From Eledone cirrhosa (taxonomy: Eukaryota), in contig OZ024751.1 in NCBI GenBank assembly GCA_964016885.1, forward strand, positions 46,190,001-46,254,000: a DNA stretch of 64,000 bases, in the 5' to 3' direction. The stretch's first letter is position 1. The number at the start of each line of letters is the position of its first letter. This document shows, piece after piece, positions 53,419-64,000 of this stretch. Under the pieces are notes generated by a model, which had not been told where the DNA came from, did no database searches, and was given only the letters and a program-made list of their open reading frames with translations. Both the position numbers and the translations under genes were made by a program.

Positions 53419-56400
53419 CCCTTTAGCATTTACATTACTCTATATATACTATTATATTTCCATGTTAAAGGTTTTACCTCACATAATATCTCACATAACA
53501 TTTACATTACTCTATATATACTATTATATTTTCATGTTAAAGGTTTTACCTCACATAATATCTCACATAACATTTACATTACTCTATATATACTATTATA
53601 TTTTCATGTTAAAGGTTTTACCTCACATAATATCTCGCATAACATTTACATTACTCTATATATACTATTATATTTTCATGTTAAAGGTTTTACCTCACAT
53701 AATATCTCACATAACATTTACATTACTCTATATATACTATTATATTTTCATGTTAAAGGCTTTACCTCACATAATATCTCACATAACATTTACATTACTC
53801 TATATATACTATTATATTTTCATGTTAAAGGCTTTACCTCACATAATATCTCACATAACATTTACATTACTCTATATATACTATTATATTTTCATGTTAA
53901 AGGTTTTACCTCACATAATATCTCACATAACATTTACATTACTCTATATATACTATTATATTTTCATGTTAAAGGTTTTACCTCACATAATATCTCGCAT
54001 AACATTTACATTACTCTATATATACTATTATATTTTCATGTTAAAGGCTTTACCTCACATAATATCTCACATAACATTTACATTACTCTGTATTTGCTAT
54101 TATATTTTCATGTTAAAGGCTTTACCTCACATAATATCTCACATAACATTTACATTACTCTATATATACTATTATATTTTCATGTTAAAGGCTTTACCTC
54201 ACATAACATTTACATTACTCTGTATTTGCTATTATATTTTCATGGTAAAGGCTTTACCTCACATAATATCTCACATAACATTTACATTACTCTATATATA
54301 CTATTATATTTTCATGGTAAAGGCTTTACCTCACATAATATCTCACATAACATTTACATTACTCTATATATACTATTATATTTTCATGGTAAAGGCTTTA
54401 CCTCACATAATATCTCACATAACATTTACATTACTCTATATATACTATTATATGTTCATGTTAAAGGCTTTACCTCACATAATATCTCACATAACATTTA
54501 CATTACTCTATATATACTATTATATTTTCATGTTAAAGGCTTTACCTCACATAATATCTCACATAACATTTACATTACTCTATATATACTATTATATGTT
54601 CATGTTAAAGGCTTTACCTCACATAATATCTCACATAACATTTACATTACTCTATATATACTATTATATTTCCATGTTAAAGGTTTTACCTCACATAATA
54701 TCTCACATAACATTTACATTACTCTATATATACTATTATATTTTCATGTTAAAGGTTTTACCTCACATAATATCTCACATAACATTTACATTACTCTATA
54801 TATACTATTATATTTTCATGTTAAAGGTTTTACCTCACATAATATCTCGCATAACATTTACATTACTCTATATATACTATTATATTTTCATGTTAAAGGT
54901 TTTACCTCACATAATATCTCACATAACATTTACATTACTCTATATATACTATTATATTTTCATGTTAAAGGCTTTACCTCACATAATATCTCACATAACA
55001 TTTACATTACTCTATATATACTATTATATTTTCATGTTAAAGGCTTTACCTCACATAATATCTCACATAACATTTACATTACTCTATATATACTATTATA
55101 TTTTCATGTTAAAGGTTTTACCTCACATAATATCTCACATAACATTTACATTACTCTATATATACTATTATATTTTCATGTTAAAGGTTTTACCTCACAT
55201 AATATCTCGCATAACATTTACATTACTCTATATATACTATTATATTTTCATGTTAAAGGCTTTACCTCACATAATATCTCACATAACATTTACATTACTC
55301 TGTATTTGCTATTATATTTTCATGTTAAAGGCTTTACCTCACATAATATCTCACATAACATTTACATTACTCTATATATACTATTATATTTTCATGTTAA
55401 AGGCTTTACCTCACATAACATTTACATTACTCTGTATTTGCTATTATATTTTCATGGTAAAGGCTTTACCTCACATAATATCTCACATAACATTTACATT
55501 ACTCTATATATACTATTATATTTTCATGGTAAAGGCTTTACCTCACATAATATCTCACATAACATTTACATTACTCTATATATACTATTATATTTTCATG
55601 GTAAAGGCTTTACCTCACATAATATCTCACATAACATTTACATTACTCTATATATACTATTATATGTTCATGTTAAAGGCTTTACCTCACATAATATCTC
55701 ACATAACATTTACATTACTCTATATATACTATTATATTTTCATGTTAAAGGCTTTACCTCACATAATATCTCACATAACATTTACATTACTCTATATATA
55801 CTATTATATGTTCATGTTAAAGGCTTTACCTCACATAATATCTCACATAACATTTACATTACTCTATATATACTATTATATTTTCATGTTAAAGGTTTTA
55901 CCTCACATAATATCTCACATAACATTTACATTACTCTATATATACTATTATATTTTCATGTTAAAGGCTTTACCTCACATAATATCTCACATAACATTTA
56001 CATTACTCTATATATACTATTATATTTTCATGTTAAAGGCTTTACCTCACATAATATCTCACATAACATTTACATTACTCTGTATTTGCTATTATATTTT
56101 CATGTTAAAGGCTTTACCTCACATAATATCTCACATAACATTTACATTACTCTATATATACTATTATATTTTCATGTTAAAGGTTTTACCTCACATAATA
56201 TCTCACATAACATTTACATTACTCTATATATACTATTATATTTTCATGTTAAAGGCTTTACCTCACATAATATCTCACATAACATTTACATTACTCTATA
56301 TATACTATTATATTTTCATGGTAAAGGCTTTACCTCACATAATATCTCACATAACATTTACATTACTCTATATATACTATTGTATTTTCATGTTAAAGGC

Positions 56401-56824
56401 TTTACCTCACATAATATCTCACATAACATTTACATTACTCTATATATACTATTATATTTTCATGTTAAAGGTTTTACCTCACATAATATCTCACATAACA
56501 TTTACATTACTCTATATATACTATTATATTTTCATGGTAAAGGCTTTACCTCACATAATATCTCACATAACATTTACATTACTCTATATATACTATTGTA
56601 TTTTCATGTTAAAGGCTTTACCTCACATAATATCTCACATAACATTTACATTACTCTATATATACTATTATATTTTCATGTTAAAGGCTTTACCTCACAT
56701 AATATCTCACATAACATTTACATTACTCTATATATACTATTATATTTTCATGGTAAAGGCTTTACCTCAGCTGGTTTGAACAGAAAGAGGTGAGAGAATT
56801 CTGGCCAGTTTAAATGCTTAAAGG
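53419..56824. repeat. 72-bp satellite (~46 units) amplified inside a piggyBac-type MITE
   Basis: TTAA-ccctttagcattta ... taaatgcttaaagg-TTAA. The unit matches the subterminal part of the MITEs at 11515 and 25336. Confidence 0.93.
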
Positions 56825-57257
56825 TTAACACAGTAACATTATAGCCCTATATAGAGTAGCAGTGTAGCACTGTATAGAGTAGTGCAACACTGTATAGAGT
56901 AGTGCAACACTATATAGAGTAGCAGTGTTACCCTATATAATGTAGTGGTGGAGTAGCACTCTTTTGTGAGAATGTTAGTAGTAAGAAACTCAGGAGAGCT
57001 GGACAGAAGGTCTTCAGAGAAGAAGCCCCCCTCCTCCCCAAGCCCGTGTTTCGGTGCTTAACTTCTAAAGGTTATAATTGATATCTGAAAACTTTCAAAC
57101 CATCTGAGGTGGTGTTGGATAGGTTGGTATTAAACAACTTAGTCTCTTTCTGTTTCATTGTTCTCTCTCTCACCTTCCTCCTTTCTCTTTCTCTATCTTT
57201 AATCTCTTTTAAAATATATTTTGCTCAGTTTTGAAAATATAATGTTTATGTTTGCAG

Positions 57258-57347
57258 AGCGTAAGGATGCTGGAAGGTACCAGTGTATGTATACCCTGGG
57301 AGATGCTAAACATTCCAAGATGATTGCCATTAATGTCTCTATGAACA
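57258..57347 (+). CDS. bsg: Basigin/neuroplastin-like exon 4 (Ig domain 2, second part; absent from the ORF track)
   Basis: tttgcag acceptor, gtaagt donor; KRKDAGRYQCMYTLG supplies the missing D-x-G-x-Y-x-C motif. Confidence 0.9.
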
Positions 57348-57769
57348 GTAAGTCTCCTTCTCCTCTTCCTCTACAATCATATTTCATTTCACCATAGTCC
57401 ACTTCCATGTCTCTCTACCAGTACAACCACTCTGCCACCACCACAACTACAACCACCTCAAATACCACCAGGCCACCTCCATCCACATCCCACCATTACT
57501 ATCAAAACCACCATCACAACTAACACCAATACCACCAGCATCACCATCACAACTAACACTGCCACCACCATCACCACAACAACCATCACCACCACCATCA
57601 TAGACCACATCTGACCAAGCATGTGTGAGTGTGTCCTGCTATCTCTAGTTACTATTGTAATTCAAGCATGTTAACTTTGAACATATTCTGTGACATTTGC
57701 CTGCCTGCTGACATTTCCTGACAATGAAAGAAACAATTCCACTACAAACAACCAACACTTCATACTTTC

Positions 57770-58890
57770 ATACACTGTACAGTCTACACTGTTGTAGAAC
57801 CAACACTGTACAGTCTACACTGTTGTAGAACCAACACTGTACAGTCTACACTGCTCTAGAACCAACACTGTACAGTCTCCAATGTTGTAGAACCAACACT
57901 GTACAGTCTCCAATGTTGTAGAACCAACACTGTACAGTCTACATTGCTCTAGAACCAACACTGTACAGTCTCCACTGTTGTGGAACCAACACTGTACAGT
58001 CTCCACTGTTGTGGAACCAACACTGTACAGTCTACACTGTTCTAGAACCAACACTGTACAGTCTACACTGTTGTAGAGCCAACACTGTACAGTCTACACT
58101 GTTGTAGAGCCAACACTGTACAGTCTACACTGTTGTAGAGCCAACACTGTACAGTCTACACTGTTGTAGAACCAACACTGTACAGTCTACACTGTTGTAG
58201 AGCCAACACTGTACAGTCTACACTGTTGTAGAGCCAACACTGTACAGTCTACACTGTTCTAGAACCAACACTGTACAGTCTACACTGTTGTAGAGCCAAC
58301 ACTACAGTCTACACTGTTGTAGAGCCAACACTGTACAGTCTCCAATGTTGTAGAACCAACACTGTACAGTCTACATTGCTCTAGAACCAACACTGTACAG
58401 TCTACATTGCTCTAGAACCAACACTGTACAGTCTACATTGCTCTAGAACCAACACTGTACAGTCTCCACTGTTGTGGAACCAACACTGTACAGTCTCCAC
58501 TGTTGTGGAACCAACACTGTACAGTCTACACTGTTGTAGAGCCAACACTGTACAGTCTACACTGTTGTAGAGCCAACACTGTACAGTCTACACTGTTGTA
58601 GAGCCAACACTGTACAGTCTACACTGTTGTAGAGCCAACACTGTACAGTCTACACTGTTGTAGAACCAACACTGTACAGTCTACACTGTTGTAGAGCCAA
58701 CACTGTACAGTCTACACTGTTGTAGAGCCAACACTGTACAGTCTACACTGTTCTAGAACCAACACTGTACAGTCTACACTGTTGTAGAGCCAACACTGTA
58801 CAGTCTACACTGTTGTAGAACCAACACTGTACAGTCTCCACTGTTGTAGAACCAACACTGTACAGACTACATTGCTCTAGAACCAACACT
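57770..58890. repeat. 31-bp minisatellite, ~36 units
   Basis: Unit ccaacactgtacagtctacactgttgtagaa. Confidence 0.95.
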
Positions 58891-59653
58891 TTACAACATA
58901 CAAATATGCTTTATGGCATATAGTTACGTCCCTTTACAGTCTGAGTTCAAATCCAGCCGAGCTTAGCTTTGCCTTTCATTCTTAAGGGGTTCGATAAATA
59001 ATGTTCCAGTAATGCGCTGGGTTCGATTTAATTGACTTCTCTCTTCCCCTCAAATTGCTGACTTTGTGCCTAAAAGTAGAAACAATTATTAGGATTATTG
59101 CATTACTGAATATTTTGTGTTTGGATTGGTTTGTAACATTCTTACCAATAACTTCCCACTACCACCATCATCACCAATAACTCCCGACCACCCCTATCAA
59201 CACCAACACCAATACCTCCACCTCCACCACCACTATCTACACTAACACCACTCCCACAACCAATATCACCATCACTATCAACACCAACATCACTCCCACC
59301 ACCATCACTAGGCTTTTCCTTATATTGGCCGTCAGATTTCCTTCATAGGTTAAAAACAGTTTTTGTTTTAATGCCACGATCTGAAGAATCTGAAGATGTT
59401 ATTGTAAGGTTCAGCCATGTTAATCATCTCCCCCCACTTTCTCTCATCCTCTCTGACTCTCTCTCCCCCCTCTCTGATTCTCCTCTCCTCCTCCTCTCTC
59501 TCTCTCCCATCTTCTAAAATGTCAACCATCTCAACTGTCATTTTCTCCATCACAAACACACTCATGCAGTCACACACACACACACAGACACACACTCATA
59601 CAGTTACACACACACACACACATGTACTCATAAAGTCACACACATACACTCAG

Positions 59654-59684
<31 letters not shown>

Positions 59685-59969
59685 CTCATAAAGTCACACA
59701 CATACACTCACAGACACACACACATACACACACACATTTTAATAAAGTCACACATACACTCACAGACACACACACACACATGTACTCATAAAGTCACACA
59801 CATACACAGACACTTCAATATGCTCTCTTTATGAAAGGCTAGATGGTGAATAAGTTGTGAAATATATAATGTAGAAGGTGGTGACATTGTTGAGTAGTGA
59901 ATACCTGGTTATACCGGTGGCAGGAAACTGCAGTAGAGGAAAACCAAGGAAAACCTGGGCAGCAAAGGG

Positions 59970-60490
59970 GATGTATTATATCATGGCACCAACACTATCA
60001 CTTTACAGGGTGTATTGGGTGCATTATATCATGGCACCAACACTATCACTTTACAGGGTGTACTGGGTGCATTATATCATGGCACCAGCACTATCACTTT
60101 ACAGGGTGTACTGGGTGCATTATATCATGGCACCAGCACTATCACTTTACAGGGTGTACTGGGTGGATTATATCGTGGCACCAGCACTATCACTTTACAG
60201 GGTGTATTGGGTGCATTATATCATGGCACCAACACTATCACTTTACAGGGTGTACTGGGTGCATTATATCATGGCACCAGCACTATCACTTTACAGGGTG
60301 TACTGGGTGGATTATATTGTGGCACCAGCACTATCACTTTACAGGGTGTACTGGGTGTATTTTATTGTGACACTAGCACTACTTTACAGGGTATGCTAGG
60401 TGTATTTTATTGTGGCATCAGCACTACTTTACAGGGTGTACTGGGTGTATTTTATTGTATTTCCAGAACTAACACTTTACTGGGCGTATT
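59970..60490 (-). repeat. 51-bp tandem repeat related to the RTE 3' UTR repeat
   Basis: Unit gcattatatcatggcaccagcactatcactttacagggtgtactgggt-type; its reverse complement resembles 27660-28030. Confidence 0.75.
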
Positions 60491-60608
60491 TCATTGTATT
60501 ATCTGTGTTAGAGATATTATTTTGTATGTCTAAAGTAATATACCATTAAGAAATTAATAATAAAATAGGTGAAATAATGTTTTCATTTATTATATATGAT
60601 TATTTCAG

Positions 60609-60875
60609 TGGCTCCTTACATTCAGTCGACTGAGAAGTCTCGCAACTTGGTACAAGGGGACAAATTGCAGTTGGAATGCAATGTTCAGAGCTATCCACCA
60701 TCAACTATTCTCTGGAAAAGAGATAATGTTACTTTTGAAAAGGGACATAGAATACATTGGGATAACAAAACATTGACCATTTATGATCTTCAATTCTCTG
60801 ACAAGGGCAAGTATATTTGTGTTGCTAGCAACATGATTGGAAATACATCTATGACTGTCCTAGTCCGTGTGAAGG
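60609..60875 (+). CDS. bsg: Basigin/neuroplastin-like exon 5 (Ig domain 3, I-set)
   Basis: KSRNLVQGDKLQLEC..YPP..ILW..DKGKYICVASNMIG..VRVK; canonical splice sites. Confidence 0.95.
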
Positions 60876-60930
60876 GTAAGTTTCACAGCTTTTTAAAACT
60901 TTACTTTTAACAACATATAGAAACAAATTA

Positions 60931-61129
60931 CCGTATATACTCGAATATAAGCCTCCTATTTTGTGTCTGAGAAATGGGCAAAAATCTGAACCTCGTTTAT
61001 AAGCCAGGGCAGCTAATCAACACGTTTAGAGGGCAAATATAAGCCCCCCCCCCCCCCCCCCCGTTTTACCATCTTTCTTCTTTTTTTTTTTCGTCACATT
61101 TTCCTTGGCTTATATGCGAGTATATACAG
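60931..61129. mobile_element. Tc2/pogo-type MITE
   Basis: TA flanks; TIR ccgtatatactcgaatataagcc / ggcttatatgcgagtatatacag. Confidence 0.82.
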
Positions 61130-61861
61130 TATATTTCCACTTCAGCATCTGTCTTGTTTGATAATCAAATGGTTTTTTAACATCATTTATAAAGAAATTA
61201 GAGAATTGGATTCGCAATCGTGAGGTTGCAAGTTTGATTTCTGGACCAGGTGATTATGTTATGTCCTTCAGCAAAACATTTTATTTCATGTTGGTCTTTC
61301 TGACAGGACTTGTGACTGGTAGATAGTATCAGCAATGGAAAGATCAAAGGAAGCATTGCTTCCTTGGTCCTATTTGACGAGTTTCACCTCCACCCAGTAA
61401 GCAAGTGAGGTCTGGGATATTGTTGATCGACTCTATGAAGAAATTATATTTTTATGTCAGCATCTGTCATGATTGTGTGTGTATTTGTGTAGTGTGTATG
61501 TGTGTATGTGTGTATGTGGTATTTTGAAACTGAAACAATTACATTGTGAAAGAACATGGACCATGACATTGTCATGTGACCAGTCAGCCCCAATATGTAC
61601 CCAAGACATGGTCATGTGACCAGTCAGCCCCAGCATGTTACAAACCATCTAGCCCATGCAAGCATGACAAACAGATGTTAAACGGTGATGACGATGATGT
61701 TGCTGCTGCATATAAATGTTATTTTATTTTCTCATAACATGACCTACCATGGAAAAAATACTTATTTTAACCTGTTTCTCCATATTTAGCTATTTGTAAT
61801 CATTATTGTAGTGCACCTGAGTACTGTACACAATAATTTCATTATTATCATTGTTTTGTAG

Positions 61862-61997
61862 ATAAACTTGCTGCTCTCTGGCCTTTCCTTGGTATTGTTG
61901 CCGAAGTTGTTATCTTGTGTATAATCATCTTTATATGTGAGAAGAAACGCAGTAAAGACATGGAAGAGGATTATGATGGTGCTGGCCAGCAAAATAT
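61862..61997 (+). CDS. bsg: Basigin/neuroplastin-like exon 6 (transmembrane helix)
   Basis: DKLAALWPFLGIVAEVVILCIIIFICEKKR, the diagnostic basigin-family TM with intramembrane Glu. Not in the ORF track. Confidence 0.97.
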
Positions 61998-62189
61998 GTA
62001 AGTAAACCTGTTGGTGGCTGGGTGGCTGACTGGGTGAGCTGTGTGTCTGACTGGGTGAGCTAGGTGGGTTGAATGACTAACTAAGTGACCTGGCTGAGTG
62101 GTTGGCTGAGGGGTAAGCTGGATGGCTGGGTGAGCTAGGTGGCTGATTGACTGGATGAGTTGCCTCATTGTGAGACAAGACAGGTCTGA

Positions 62190-62612
62190 TGACCATGTCT
62201 TGCTTATACACGACTGGTTTTGGCTTGGTTTCTATGGCTGGTTGCCCTTCCTAACACCAGCCACATTTACAGTATGTGCTGGGTGCTTTTTGTCTTGACA
62301 CCTACATGACCACTTTACAGTATGTGCTGGGTGCTTTTTGTCTTGACACCTACATGACCACTTTACAGTGTAGGCTGGGCACGTTTTGTCTTGACACCTA
62401 CATGACCACTTTACAGTATGTGCTGGGTGCTTTTTGTCTTGACACCTACACGACCTCTTTGCAGTGTGGGCTGGGCACTTTTTGTCATGACACCTACATG
62501 ACCACTTTACAGTATGTGCTGGGTGCTTTTTGTCTTGACACTTACACGACCTCTTTGCAGTGTGGGCTGGGCACTTTTTGTCATGACAACTACATGACCA
62601 CTTTACAGTGTG
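62190..62612 (-). repeat. RTE 3' UTR with 48-bp tandem array (~7 units)
   Basis: Reverse complement of the 29905-30310 unit. Confidence 0.85.
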
Positions 62613-63066
62613 AGTAATTCTCACTATAGGATTGAATGATTTGTGGTCATTTTTTTCTTTTCATTGCCAAGATGTCTATAAAAAAAAGTACCAGTCCAAC
62701 CCTGGGTGTTGATTCTTCCTCTATATCTCTTTCTCGCTCTCTGGAAGAAATTGACTGTTTTTTCAGACGTGGAAAGGAGTTGTTTGGTCAAAACTTATTC
62801 AGTGCAACTGATCTCTCAGATGGATCAGGGGTATGTGAGGAGATGTAGTGCATTACACATGTTCTCTGACCTTACACAGTACATCAGGTGAATTCTATTG
62901 TGGCACCAGTACTATGGTGGTTGTCACGTCTTTGACACAATTGAAGAGTCCTCCCGACCCTTTGTTTGGTATAAATAACTAAAATTTATTTATTTATTTA
63001 TTTTTTTATTCTAACAATTCTTTCCATTTTCCATCTCTTATGTAAACTGTTTTCTCTCTGTTCCAG

Positions 63067-63127
63067 GCCAAATGCTAAAGACCACAAAGGCAAAGATGAA
63101 ATCCGGCAGAGAAATGTTAGGACATGA
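63067..63127 (+). CDS. bsg: Basigin/neuroplastin-like last coding exon (MPNAKDHKGKDEIRQRNVRT*)
   Basis: Polypyrimidine tract plus ccag acceptor; phase 2 fits exon 6; RQRN tail motif as in basigin; TGA 63125-63127. Confidence 0.92.
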
Positions 63128-63324
63128 GGAAGAGAGAGCAATTGAACTTTTATTATAGTCATTACATTTTTTTAATTGTTATTACTACTACTACTACTAT
63201 TATTACTACTACTACTACTACAATTACTACTACCACTATAGCTCCTACTACAACTACTACTATCATACCTCATGAATTTTTGCGATCTCATTTCAGAATT
63301 GGATACTATAGCTGTTAAGAGTTA

Positions 63325-63373
<49 letters not shown>

Positions 63374-64000
63374 CTATCTATCTATGTCTGTCTATCTATC
63401 CACCCATCTATCTATCTGTCTCTCTAATATCTACTTAGCAATATCTATCTATCTATATCTATTTAGCTATATCTATCATCCTGTTGTTGAATCTTCTTAA
63501 TCAAAATAAAAATGAAAACAGAAAAAGGCAAACAAGGCATATATACACACACGTGTGTATATATATATGTATATGTGTATATATATATGTGTGTATATAT
63601 GTGTGTGTGTGTGTGTATATATATATACACACACGTGTGAATATATATATATATATGTATACACATGTATATATATATGTATGTATATTGGTCAGTAATC
63701 ACTCAGCCACTCACTGTAAATGTAAAATGCAAATATTCAGTTAAGTACCTCCTTCTTGCACAACCCCCAACTCTACATTCCACCATAAAACAATAATTTC
63801 TATCCAAAATATCTCCAGTAAAATTTTTATAAACATATATTTTCTTTCTCCCGCTAACCCCTTAGATTTTCCTTAAAATTTTCAGTATAACCACTTTCTT
63901 GGATTCCTATGAAATCTGGGGATTAATCCTGTCCCCACCCTTTTTTTCTTTTAAATTAGAATCTTTAACTCCCATGATGGTTAAAACACACTGTTGTAAA

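Noticed and set aside
53462-56793. 1105-aa and 899-aa ORFs
   Set aside because: The 72-bp unit is a multiple of three and lacks stops in two frames. The array is intronic and MITE-derived, with no coding evidence.

Overview
AT-rich, microsatellite-dense animal genomic DNA. The SINE/LINE repertoire suggests a cephalopod (octopus-like) genome; this is inference. Host genes: (1) a complete 7-exon basigin/neuroplastin-type gene on + (37848-63127; signal peptide, 3 Ig domains, Glu-containing TM helix, 363 aa by my splice reconstruction); (2) two terminal exons of an unidentified + gene (1694-3387); (3) two terminal exons of an unidentified - gene (7547-7913). The rest is mostly mobile DNA: CR1, RTE and Tx1/L1-type LINE pieces, a DD37D transposase remnant, a non-autonomous Helitron, MITEs, tRNA-derived SINEs and several minisatellites. 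The most striking signal is a set of Penelope-like element (PLE) families inserted into (TA)n tracts. They leave asymmetric palindromes (short arm plus long-tailed arm) and carry many hammerhead ribozyme motifs, including a variant with a compensatory U3:A8 core and several with long stem-II insertions. The longest ORFs in the track (1105 and 899 aa) are artefacts of a 72-bp satellite that grew inside a piggyBac-type MITE. All structures were read by eye; no searches or folding programs were run.
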